Notes under the pieces: generated by a model
What the model was told of the DNA's origin: nothing
What the model saw: the letters and a program-made list of their open reading frames with translations, nothing else
Databases searched by the model: none
Made by a program: the position numbers and the translations under genes
Shown: positions 34,901 to 40,581 of the stretch, piece after piece
Numbering within the stretch: the first letter of the stretch is position 1
How the letters are laid out: the number at the start of each line of letters is the position of its first letter
Source: Desulfobacterales bacterium
GTDB taxonomy: Bacteria > Desulfobacterota > Desulfobacteria > Desulfobacterales > Desulfatibacillaceae
NCBI GenBank assembly: GCA_020057225.1
Contig: JAGVGH010000053.1
Span: 1-46,343, forward strand
Reading direction: 5' to 3'
Length of the DNA stretch: 46,343 bases

Positions 34901-35657
34901 CCTTAAGGTGTTGCGCAAGGGTCTTGTGATCCGGGGCGCCAAGGGGGGCGGGGCTGTTGTATCGGGCAAGGGTGCCAAGAAGTGGAAAGAGGCGTTCATC
35001 CTGGCCGCGCCCGAAGCCTTGGTGGAAGGTCTCACGTTCCGCGATTTTTCCGCGGGCATCGCGGCGGAGTCAGGCGCCAAGGGCTTTGCCGCGCGGGAAA
35101 ACGAATTCCGGGGGCTTGCCCTGGGCGTCCGGGCCGCGGACACGGAAGGGACGGTCGAGCGCTGCCGCTTTACCGCTCCGGACGCGCCCGCGCCCACAGG
35201 AGCCGCGGTTCACGCCACAGGGGGGCAAGTGGTTTTCACCGGCAACCTGGTTAACAACCTTGCCATGGGCTTCCAGGCAACAGGCTCGGCCTCCCGCGTT
35301 GTTGGCAACACCTTTGTCAACACCGCGGTGGCCGTGCGGGGAAACGCCCAAAACCCGGCCACTGTGCAGGGAAACATCTTCTATGCCGGAGTGACCGGCG
35401 TTCTGGCTCCCCCGGGGCTTGTGTCGAATAACAACCTCTTTTTCAAAAACGACATGGACCACGGAGGAGGATGCGCCAAGGGCGCCAATGACCAGGAGGG
35501 CGACCCGAAATTCGCGGACCCGGACAAGGAGGACTACCGGCTCAAGGAAGGCTCGCCCGCGGTGGACATGGCGGGGATTGCCGGGGATGGGCTGGACCTT
35601 GCCGGGACCAAGCGGCCCCAGGGCGCGGCCTGGGACGCCGGGGCGTATGAGAGATAA
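25959..35657 (+). CDS. giant (3,232 aa) secreted repeat protein: signal peptide, nested beta-propeller, Pro-rich linker, 23 tandem Ig-like modules, C-terminal parallel beta-helix
   Basis: The ORF is uninterrupted over 9,699 nt, with GGAGG 8 nt upstream of the ATG. Hydrophobic N-terminus: LFPALLLTLLFLSAAG. Repeat signature: P.W.W.SGGGG.G.FR..LD...W.ET....F.P...L.DG.H.L.VQE.D.AGNWS. The C-terminus ends GTKRPQGAAWDAGAYER. Confidence 0.9.
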   Translation: MRLAKRQGHALFPALLLTLLFLSAAGQFSVCLPADAPPPPVLSAGTPDSEGRPVWTWTSGRGGGVMVFAGGAFSSAGGAGASNLAAWDSRTGAWSAVGKGVGGPVRSLLADTGVVRVGGGAGVAFWDTTTGAFHTPGGGVGGEVHVLAMDGDGRLYAGGAFRQAGGESARSIARWNPGARVWSGLGGGLPGPVFAIAIGGGHVYGGGSFALDVPGAGANMARWSLSEGAWRGVAGGANRTVTAMAMGPDGSLYAAGEFSQAGGLAAGNVAAYDPGSKTWRALGKGPGGPVYALLHWGGALYAAGSFSGGVARYSAGAWKKPGGGLDGGDVLALADGPDGRLYAGGRFTLAGGVAAGHVAAWNPGQGAWTPLGAGVGGPVRALGVLRIPVYRVKLDDPSLEQGARITSKETFAPESATGQHTLYVQEGGLLGNWSPSASLALQAGAPPAAAPAVPADVTLAAPAPAPAPPVPPVPAVAPAVPEPEPPAPAETLEDAGEKPEAAPEEAGEIEIGEGGEAAVAPEEAPEPVAPVTPATPPPPPAPVPPPPRVNVVNPVLPGGIPPVKPFTAIEEPLPAASSPGEATPAALPGPDGLTPSGRPGGAPLPGAPLVSVVEATNNPRPAFEWQSGGGGSGLFHYRIGFDAAWMETRETRYTPTSALPDGRHTLYVQEADTEGRWSDPGAATVVVDSTPPHPPVVSVKTPTSEKSPEWTIQSGGDGEGVFGVQLDARDKDGWKEFTGTSFRPETPFEDGKHVLHVRERDKAGNWSGVTSREVTVDTAPPKTPRLKAVSAPMAPRPAWIWESGGGGAGIFRYQMDGQKEDGATETKEKKFSVEEYLASGEHALFVQETDEAGNWSEAAGLTVTVDASAPGKPRVSAKSPVNTRTPGWTWVSGGEGSGVFRVQLNGEAEGKWATVEAFEYTLSKPVPKDGKHTLYVQEADPAGNWSESGSGEALVDTEPPDPPRVECPETTTSPAPVWRWKSGGGGNGLFRLRLDVAENGPWTETAATEYSPEKPFETEGAHVLEVAEQDAAGNWSEAGRAETLFDKTPPAPPALEVKTQGTGARPVWTWKSGEGGAGLFRCRLDGNPEAWEETDQTAFRPETNLSPEKEHVFEVQEQDKAGNWSASAALSTVVDTKAPEPPIVTVQSPTRNRRPSWSWKTGGGGTGVFEVQLDGTDDGKWAVVEASAYTPAKPLKDEGEHALYVREKDAAGNWSDPGKAAVVLDRTPPAPPGFMKNEAVNTRQPVWRWKSGEGGEGLFRYRLGEGPWTETRETEFRPAPPFEKDGRYVLEAAERDTAGNWSETASQALTVDTEPPAAPKVVGLEVTSNGTPTWTWTPGGGGAGVFRCQLDGEDGEWKTLEETDFTPGEALDESGPHTLFVQERDIAGNWSSSGSHAVTVDTTAPGAPVVTVKSPTSDATPEWTWKSGGNGAGEFRVQLGSEEEKWTETQKTSFTPDKPAAKDGELTLFVQERDSAGNWSPSGSARALVDTKPPAPPKVEVKSPVATARPAWRWTSGGGGGGFRLKTSWGKGDWVETAATEYTPGGDLTAGKGYTVHVQERDAAGNWSASAQAGTLVDTEPPKAPKVTGKTPVATQTPTWEWTGGGGGAGIFRTRLDSADAQAMEISATSWTAPEPLEDGDHVLSVEERDIAGNWSSSGSHAVTVDTTAPGAPVVTVKSPTSDARPEWTWKSGGNGAGEFRVQLGSEKGTWTETSKTSFAPDKPASKEGELVLYVRERDLAGNWSPSGSARALVDTTPPAPPKVETKSPVTTPRPTWRWTSGGGGGGFRLKTSWGKGDWVETTATEYTPGGDLTAGKGYTLEVQEKDLAGNWSAAGSGKVLIDTEPPKPPRVAGATPVTTKTPAWEWESGGGNGAGVFRTRLDSGKAAPEETSYTRFTPSAPLADGEHTLFVEERDIAGNWSAPCSHTVTVDTVAPPAPKVTGQSPTALPRPAWTIESGGGAGVFRAQLDGDSPDGWFNPATRAYSPEKNLPDGGHTLRVQERDAAGNWSAPASFAVVVDTAPTPPPVLSAKTPVSALRPLVTWTTGGGDGLFRYQWDDAKDWTETRETKARPKTPFKGGEKHAFRVQERDSAGNWSASAEFTLLVDTTPPAPPVLKGPALASTDRPEWTWTSGGEGGTGVFRFKEEGAKDWTGTRETRHTPETPLKDGETRTLAVQEQDQAGNWSLASESKVTADLSAPAPPVVTAKTPVNTAAPSWSWSPGGGGNGEFRVKTGEEGQWETVKGARYTAKTPLADGTEHTLFVQEADAAGNWSASGSFAVTVDLQAPSAPGVTGKTPANTRTPSWSWKTGGGGCGIFRVQLDQTADGGWKETTALTHTAARKSVHGETRTLYVAERDLAGNWSSPGSYKVEIDLEPPKAPKIQADSPVNNPRPSWRWESGGGGAGIFRYKLENAPQDWTETRETGFAAPTPLPAGRHALLVAEQDASGNWSEPAKAGVEVDLDPPAPPVVSCWSLTNNPKPSWTWKSGGDGAGVFNIRLSGTEGWTETSALEWAPETALSGDAAYTLEVRERDAAGNWSAPGFAGLVLDTAPPVPPLVKVQSPARNTGPVWTIVSGGEGDGTFEAQLDTTEESGWTPVKTGRFKAPRAWENGERHVLHVRERDAAGNWSSPGSAEVLVDTEAPAAPVLAAYPSLTRESRITVSGTREPGARVLVNGLEKAPADGSEAWTAQVDLEEGENRIDVVCEDAAGNTGKSARALVRRDATPPEAPALVSSEPETGAAFRGERLNLEWTPASDAASGLAGYLFALDTAPDTEPGGTLEKTLPPVLTMEKDGVYYLHVLAKDNAGNDCKTVHLGPWTRDTAPPEPPKITTDGGNGPGRDFSTSVQELTLEGTASPDTADIVVNEAIEGVEYAQGETGWKFTGSLGPGARAYTVTALDAAGNTASSVITVSYVMGPGTYHVDISGGTDDMAFGTGAGVLAFRTVHYAVSAINEGVPGAYVLIIEPGVYSVERGEKDAALKVLRKGLVIRGAKGGGAVVSGKGAKKWKEAFILAAPEALVEGLTFRDFSAGIAAESGAKGFAARENEFRGLALGVRAADTEGTVERCRFTAPDAPAPTGAAVHATGGQVVFTGNLVNNLAMGFQATGSASRVVGNTFVNTAVAVRGNAQNPATVQGNIFYAGVTGVLAPPGLVSNNNLFFKNDMDHGGGCAKGANDQEGDPKFADPDKEDYRLKEGSPAVDMAGIAGDGLDLAGTKRPQGAAWDAGAYER
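26148..27113 (+). other. seven-bladed beta-propeller-like region of the giant protein
   Basis: Seven units of about 47 aa with the signature [LV]Y[AG]GG.F...GG......(A/V)..W......W..(L/V)G.G..GPV.A. Blade motifs start near aa 67, 115, 155, 203, 252, 300 and 341. Confidence 0.7.
27285..27779 (+). other. low-complexity Pro/Ala/Glu-rich linker of the giant protein
   Basis: APPAAAPAVPADVTLAAPAPAPAPPVPPVPAVAPAVPEPEPPAPAETLEDAGEKPEAAPEE..., about 165 aa. Confidence 0.8.
27780..33889 (+). repeat. in-frame tandem array of 23 modules of about 266 bp (88-90 aa), Ig-like (Y_Y_Y/Big-type by resemblance)
   Basis: I counted 23 consecutive modules, each ending in (V/L)D(T).(P/A)P.(P)P. All but the first contain AGNWS (or SGNWS); the first has EGRWS. 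Confidence 0.85.
30105..31697 (+). repeat. recent tandem duplication of a three-module super-unit (795 bp + 798 bp)
   Basis: GAGCGGGATATTGC(G/T)GGCAACTGGTCC recurs at 30105, 30900 and 31698. The stretch 30105..30276 differs from 30900..31071 at only 4 of about 172 positions by hand alignment. Confidence 0.85.
34710..35654 (+). other. C-terminal right-handed parallel beta-helix-like domain with a choice-of-anchor-Q-like tail
   Basis: It has periodic short rungs (GLTFRDF, GIAAESG, ENEFRGL, VERCRFT, FTGNLVNN, VVGNTFVNT, VQGNIFY, SNNNLFF). The terminal motif is DP.F.D....DYRL..GSPA.D........D..G..RP....DAGAYE. Confidence 0.6.
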
Positions 35658-35728
35658 GGAAAACAGATGGCGGACCGGCCCGGGGCGCGCCCTTGGGCCG
35701 GTCCGGTTGAAGCGCCAGGAGACACACC

Positions 35729-36178
35729 ATGAAATGCGCGTCCGCCGCCCTGGGCAGGATGTTTGTGCTCAGGCTGGAAGACGGGGAGATTCTCCACGAG
35801 GAAATCGAGGCGTTTTGTAAAACCAACGCCATCCATGCCGCCGCGGTGCAGGCCCTTGGAGGTGCCGCCGGAGGAAGCCGCCTTGTGGCGGGACCCGTGG
35901 ACGGCACCGCCCGGCCTGTCACCCCCATGCTTCCCACCCTCTCCGAAGTCCACGGGCTTGCGGCCGTGGGCACGGTGTTTCCGGACACACAGGGCGCGTC
36001 CGTGCTCCACGCGCATGCCGTCTGCGGGCGCGGTGGCAATTCCGTCTGCGGATGTGTGCGCGCGGGCGTAATTGTTTGGCAGGTGATGGAAGTCGTGCTA
36101 TGGGAGCTTACCGGCGCTTTGGCTGTCCGGCGGCCTGACCCCGCCTCCGGGCCCGCGTTTCTCGAGCCGGGCCGGTAA
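35729..36178 (+). CDS. PPC (DUF296) domain-containing protein
   Basis: AGGAGA lies 7 nt upstream of the ATG. The layout MFVLRLEDGEILHEEIEAFCKTNAIHAAAVQALGG ... GLAAVGTVF ... VLHAHAV ... GGNSVCGCV ... VMEVVLWEL matches the DUF296 pattern. It lies 72 nt downstream of the giant gene. Confidence 0.7.
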   Translation: MKCASAALGRMFVLRLEDGEILHEEIEAFCKTNAIHAAAVQALGGAAGGSRLVAGPVDGTARPVTPMLPTLSEVHGLAAVGTVFPDTQGASVLHAHAVCGRGGNSVCGCVRAGVIVWQVMEVVLWELTGALAVRRPDPASGPAFLEPGR

Positions 36179-36204
36179 AACTCAACCCGGCAAAGCCGAA
36201 GAAT

Positions 36205-36246
36205 TTAGGAGTTAGGAGTTAGGAGTTAGGAGTTAGAAGTTAGAAT
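36205..36246. repeat. heptanucleotide microsatellite: (TTAGGAG)x4 plus 2 degenerate units
   Basis: ttaggag ttaggag ttaggag ttaggag ttagaag ttagaat, in an AT-rich spacer after the PPC gene. Confidence 0.9.
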
Positions 36247-36363
36247 AAAAAATCATCTTTTGTTGTGTTTTTTAGTTATAAAATGGGCCTTTAACCTCAT
36301 AGCAGCCGCGGTGCGGCAAGGTTTTTGATCCAGCCTGGGGTTTCAACCCCAGGACCATGGCTC

Positions 36364-36477
36364 ATACCAAGGTGCAATCAGACAAGGTATGCCCTCACCC
36401 CGGCCCTCTCCCACAGGGAGAGGGAGATCGGGCGGGAGCTTTCAGCAGGTGTTACGGATTGGACCGCATTTTGGTAT
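36364..36477 (-). mobile_element. MITE-like element, full copy C (inverted relative to copy B)
   Basis: ataccaaggtgcaatcagacaaggtatgccctcaccccggccctctcccacagggagagggagatcgggcgggagctttcagcaggtgttacggattggaccgcattttggtat. This is the reverse complement of copy B, with a few mismatches and a 6-bp deletion. Confidence 0.7.
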
Positions 36478-36483
36478 CAGACA

Positions 36484-36508
36484 TTATCCGCGCAAAAAAC
36501 GCGGATAA
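36484..36508. promoter_or_regulatory. perfect 9-bp dyad TTATCCGCG-N7-CGCGGATAA upstream of the ABC exporter genes
   Basis: The dyad lies directly between MITE copy C and ATG 36560. No T-tract follows it, so it is more likely an operator or structure than a terminator. Confidence 0.3.
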
Positions 36509-36559
36509 TCCGGACATAGAATCCAATACCGCTCCTCCAAGGCGGAAGAACACACCCCC

Positions 36560-38377
36560 ATGGCGGCAGACACAAGCGGCGCGCCCGGAAAAACCCTCTC
36601 GGTTTTCCAGGCCCTGCGCCTCATGGCTCCCCTTTTGCCCATCTTTAAACAGCACCGGCTTGCCCTGGCCGCCGGTATTTGTTCCCTTCTCGTTACCGAC
36701 GCCACCCAGCTTGTCATCCCCCTGGTGGTCAAACGGGCGGTGGACAGCCTTGCCTCGGGCGTGGCGGACTCCGGGGCGCTTCTTGCCCGCGCCGCCGAAA
36801 TCCTCGCCCTTGCCTGTGTCATGGGCCTTTTCCGTTTTCTCTGGCGCTGGTTTCTTCTGGGCTTCTCCCGCCGTGCCGAGTGTCTGCTGCGCGCGCGCCT
36901 CTACGCCCACCTCCAAAAAATGAGCATGGCCTTTTTCCGGAAAAACCCGCCCGGGGATCTCATGGCCCGGGCCACCAACGATTTGAACGCCATCCGCATG
37001 GCCTCGGGCATGGGACTCGCCGCGGCCACCGATTCTTTCGTCATAGGCGCCGCGGCCATTGTCTTCATGCTCTCCATCCACCCCGTCCTCGCGGCGGTCG
37101 CCCTGGTTCCCGCGCCATTCGTGGTTCTCATTTCCCGGATATATACCCGCCGCATGGGCCGGGGCTTTGAGCGCGCCCAGACGCGGTTCGGCCTCCTTAC
37201 CGAGGCGGTCCGCGAGGCGTTCACCGGAATCCGGGTGGTGAAAGCCCACGGGAGAGAGGAATGGACATCCCGGACGGTGCGGGACCGGGGACAGGACTAT
37301 GTGGAGGAAAACCTCTCCCTGGCCCGGAGCTTTGGCGTGTTCATGCCGGTCATGACCGTCTTCTCCAACCTTGGCCTTGCCGTGGTCATCGCCCTGGGCG
37401 GACGCCTGGCCATTTTGGGGGACATCAGCCCCGGGGATTTCGTGGCCTTCATCACCTACCTCAACCTCCTTGCCTGGCCCATGATGGCCATGGGCTGGGT
37501 GGTAAACCTCATCCAGCGCGGCGGCGCCTCCATGCGCCGGGTTTCCCATGTGCTCAACACCCCTCCGGACATCACCGACGGGCCGCTCACCCGGACAGAC
37601 ATCACCGCCCTATCCGGGGAAATCGAGACGCGGGATCTCACGTTCCGGTATCCGGGAAGCTCTGGCCCCGTCCTCGACCATGTTTCCTTTACGGTCCGGC
37701 CCGGGGAAACCGTTTCCGTTGTGGGGCAGGTGGGCTGCGGCAAGTCCTCGCTCTTTCTTGCCCTTTCCCGCATGGTGAATCCGCCGCCCGGCACGGTGTT
37801 TCTGGGCGGACACGATATTCTGACCATTCCCCTGGCGCTTTTAAGGCGCCATGTGGGCTTTGTCCCGCAGGAGCCCGTGGTGTTTTCCGACACCCTACTG
37901 GGCAATGTGGTGTTTGGCCGGGAAGGCATCCGCGAGGAGGAGGTTTGGGAAGCGCTCTCCCTGGCGCGCATGGACGCCGAGGTCAAGGACATGCCGGCAG
38001 GGATTGAAACCGTTGTGGGAGAGCGCGGACTCACCCTTTCCGGAGGGCAAAGGCAGCGTCTGGCCCTTGCCAGGGCGCTTGTGCGTCCGCCCGCGGCGCT
38101 GATTCTGGACGACGCGCTCTCCATGGTGGACACGCGCACAGAGCGGGCCATATTGAACCGGCTCATGGAAGGCAAAGGGGAAATGACCACGCTCATGGCG
38201 ACCCACAGGGTATCCACCAACAAGCGGGCGGATCACGTGGCGGTGCTGCGGGAAGGCAGGCTTCACGAATGGGGTTCCCACGCGGAGCTTATAGCCATGG
38301 ACGGGCATTACCGCAGACTGTACGAGGCGCGCAAGGCGCTGGAGGAAACGGAGGCGGCGCCTGGGCATGTGGGGTGA
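36560..38377 (+). CDS. ABC transporter permease/ATP-binding protein (type IV exporter half-transporter, MdlA-like)
   Basis: 605 aa: six TM helices followed by an NBD. NBD motifs: Walker A GQVGCGKSS, signature LSGGQRQRLALARAL, Walker B LILDDALS. Confidence 0.9.
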   Translation: MAADTSGAPGKTLSVFQALRLMAPLLPIFKQHRLALAAGICSLLVTDATQLVIPLVVKRAVDSLASGVADSGALLARAAEILALACVMGLFRFLWRWFLLGFSRRAECLLRARLYAHLQKMSMAFFRKNPPGDLMARATNDLNAIRMASGMGLAAATDSFVIGAAAIVFMLSIHPVLAAVALVPAPFVVLISRIYTRRMGRGFERAQTRFGLLTEAVREAFTGIRVVKAHGREEWTSRTVRDRGQDYVEENLSLARSFGVFMPVMTVFSNLGLAVVIALGGRLAILGDISPGDFVAFITYLNLLAWPMMAMGWVVNLIQRGGASMRRVSHVLNTPPDITDGPLTRTDITALSGEIETRDLTFRYPGSSGPVLDHVSFTVRPGETVSVVGQVGCGKSSLFLALSRMVNPPPGTVFLGGHDILTIPLALLRRHVGFVPQEPVVFSDTLLGNVVFGREGIREEEVWEALSLARMDAEVKDMPAGIETVVGERGLTLSGGQRQRLALARALVRPPAALILDDALSMVDTRTERAILNRLMEGKGEMTTLMATHRVSTNKRADHVAVLREGRLHEWGSHAELIAMDGHYRRLYEARKALEETEAAPGHVG

Positions 38378-40499
38378 TTACGGATACATGGAGGAGGGGA
38401 AGCTGGGCAAGCCCTACAACCTGGGGCTGTTGCGGAGGCTCGCCAGGTACGCCCGCCCCTGCCGGGGGATTATCATCCTCGCCCTGGCCGTAAGCCTCCT
38501 TGGCACCGCGGCGGATTTGGCGGTGCCGTATCTCACCAAGACCGCCATTGACCGGTATATCATCGCGGCCTGGCACCGCCTGCCCGCGCCCGGGGTTTTG
38601 CCCGCCCGTGCCGGGGAGGCCCTTGCCAAAGCCTCGCGGGGCATGGTGACAACAGGAGACGGGACGCGGTTTGTCTCCCAGGCGGAGCTTTCGCGGCTGG
38701 GCCCGGACACGCGGGCGGAACTGGAAAAGCGGGGCGTGTTCAAGGGCTGGCATTACCGGGTGGACGTGCCGAAGGAGGGGGAATCCGCGCGCCGGATACG
38801 AGATGTTATTGCCCGGATTAAGGGCAAAAATGTCTATATGGAAGATACTTTTGCCCTCATTCCCAGAGCCGCCCTCGATGCCCTCCCACGGCAGGAGCGC
38901 GCCCTTCTCCGCGCCCCCCAGCTCCAGGGCGCCCTCCACACCGGCCTCCTCCTCCTCGGGCTCGTCCTCGCCGCCTTCTGCCTCGGCTATTCCCAGTACA
39001 ACCTCCTCGAACGCGCCGGGCAGACCATCATGTCCGACATCCGAAACACGCTCTTCGCCCACCTCCAGCGCCAGTCCCTCGCCTTTCACCACAAAAACCC
39101 CGTGGGACGCCTCGTCACCCGCGTCACCAACGACGTGGAAAACCTGAACGAGCTTTTCAAGTCCGTCATCGTCACCGTGTTCGGCGACATTTTTCTTCTC
39201 TCCGGCATCACCGCCGCCATGCTCTGGCTTGACTGGCGCCTTTCCCTGGCATGCCTTGCCCTGGCGCCTCCCGTGGTCCTGGGGACAGCCCTGTTGTCCG
39301 CCAAGGCCCGGGACGCCTTCCGCGACCTCCGGACCACCATTTCCCAAATCAACACCCACCTCCAGGAGCGCCTTTCCGGCATGCGGGCCGTGCAGCTTCT
39401 CTCCGCGGAGCCCCACCAGATGGCGCTTTTTTCAAAAACCAACGACGAGAACCTCCGGGCCGGACTGCGCCAGATAGCGGTCTTTGCCGTGTTCCTGCCC
39501 ATGGTCGAGCTTTTCTCCTACATCGGCATCGCCCTCCTCATCTGGCGCGGCGGTCTCATGGCCCGGGACGGGCAGGTCACCCTGGGCACGCTGGTGGCCT
39601 TTGTGAGCTATACCGGCATGTTTTTCAGACCCATGCGGGACATCGCGGAGAAATGGAACATCATGCAGTCCGCCATGGCCTCCATGGAGCGCATCTTTGA
39701 ATATCTGGACCAGGACCATTCCCTGCCGGAGCCGGAACACCCCCGGACGCCGGACAAGGCGGCCGGGCATCTTGTGGCGAAAGACCTTTGGTTTTCCTAT
39801 AATTCCAAGGAGCCTGCCCTCCGGGGAGTCTCCTTTGAGGCGCCGCCGGGCGGGATGTACGCCTTTGTCGGGAGGACAGGGGCGGGCAAGACAACGCTGG
39901 TGCATCTGGTGGAGCGCTTTTACGATCCGGACCAGGGAGCGGTGCTTTTGGACGGCGTGGATTTGCGGGACTGGCCGTCTAAAGAGCTGCGGAAACACTT
40001 GGGACTGGTGCTCCAGGATGTGTTTCTGTTCGCGGCGACCGTGCGGGAGAACGTGACGCTGGGCGCGGACAGTGTGGACGAGGCGGCGCTGGCCCGCGCC
40101 CTTGAGGAGTCCGGGGCGGCGGGATTTGCGGGGCGGCTGCCCCTGGGGCTGGACACGGTGTTGAGCGAGGGCGGGGCGAACCTGTCGGCGGGGGAGCGGC
40201 AGCTTTTGAGTTTTGCGCGGGCCTTGTACCATGACCCCCGGGTTTTGATATTGGACGAGGCGACCTCGTCGGTGGACCCGGAGACGGAGCGGCTGATCCA
40301 GGGGGCGGTGCTTTCCATGTCGCGGAGGCGGACGCTGTTGGTTGTGGCGCACCGGCTTTCGACGGTGGAGAGGGCGGACCGGATTATTGTGTTGAGCGGG
40401 GGCCGTGTGGAGGAGGAGGGGACGCACGGGGAGCTGATGGAGCGGCGGGGGATGTATTGGCGGTTGAGGAAGAGCGGGGGATTGGCGGAGGAGGGGTAA
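38367..40499 (+). CDS. ABC transporter permease/ATP-binding protein (MdlB-like) with a ~110-120 aa insertion after TM1
   Basis: 710 aa; the start overlaps the previous stop by 11 nt (alternative ATG at 38388). Walker A GRTGAGKTT, signature LSAGERQLLSFARAL, Walker B LILDEATS. A non-hydrophobic segment (aa ~62-185) lies between TM1 and the next TM. Confidence 0.88.
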   Translation: MWGDYGYMEEGKLGKPYNLGLLRRLARYARPCRGIIILALAVSLLGTAADLAVPYLTKTAIDRYIIAAWHRLPAPGVLPARAGEALAKASRGMVTTGDGTRFVSQAELSRLGPDTRAELEKRGVFKGWHYRVDVPKEGESARRIRDVIARIKGKNVYMEDTFALIPRAALDALPRQERALLRAPQLQGALHTGLLLLGLVLAAFCLGYSQYNLLERAGQTIMSDIRNTLFAHLQRQSLAFHHKNPVGRLVTRVTNDVENLNELFKSVIVTVFGDIFLLSGITAAMLWLDWRLSLACLALAPPVVLGTALLSAKARDAFRDLRTTISQINTHLQERLSGMRAVQLLSAEPHQMALFSKTNDENLRAGLRQIAVFAVFLPMVELFSYIGIALLIWRGGLMARDGQVTLGTLVAFVSYTGMFFRPMRDIAEKWNIMQSAMASMERIFEYLDQDHSLPEPEHPRTPDKAAGHLVAKDLWFSYNSKEPALRGVSFEAPPGGMYAFVGRTGAGKTTLVHLVERFYDPDQGAVLLDGVDLRDWPSKELRKHLGLVLQDVFLFAATVRENVTLGADSVDEAALARALEESGAAGFAGRLPLGLDTVLSEGGANLSAGERQLLSFARALYHDPRVLILDEATSSVDPETERLIQGAVLSMSRRRTLLVVAHRLSTVERADRIIVLSGGRVEEEGTHGELMERRGMYWRLRKSGGLAEEG

Positions 40500-40546
40500 A
40501 ACGGGCTTTCGACAAATTGTTTGACAGGAGGTGCGGGCCGGTTTAG

Positions 40547-40564
40547 ATACTGACCAGTCAGTAT
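40547..40564. promoter_or_regulatory. TetR-type operator palindrome ATACTGAC-ca-GTCAGTAT
   Basis: Perfect 8-bp arms. It lies 18 nt upstream of the TetR ATG (40582), which has GGAG 6 nt upstream. Confidence 0.6.
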
Positions 40565-40581
40565 TGAACACGGAGCCTGCC

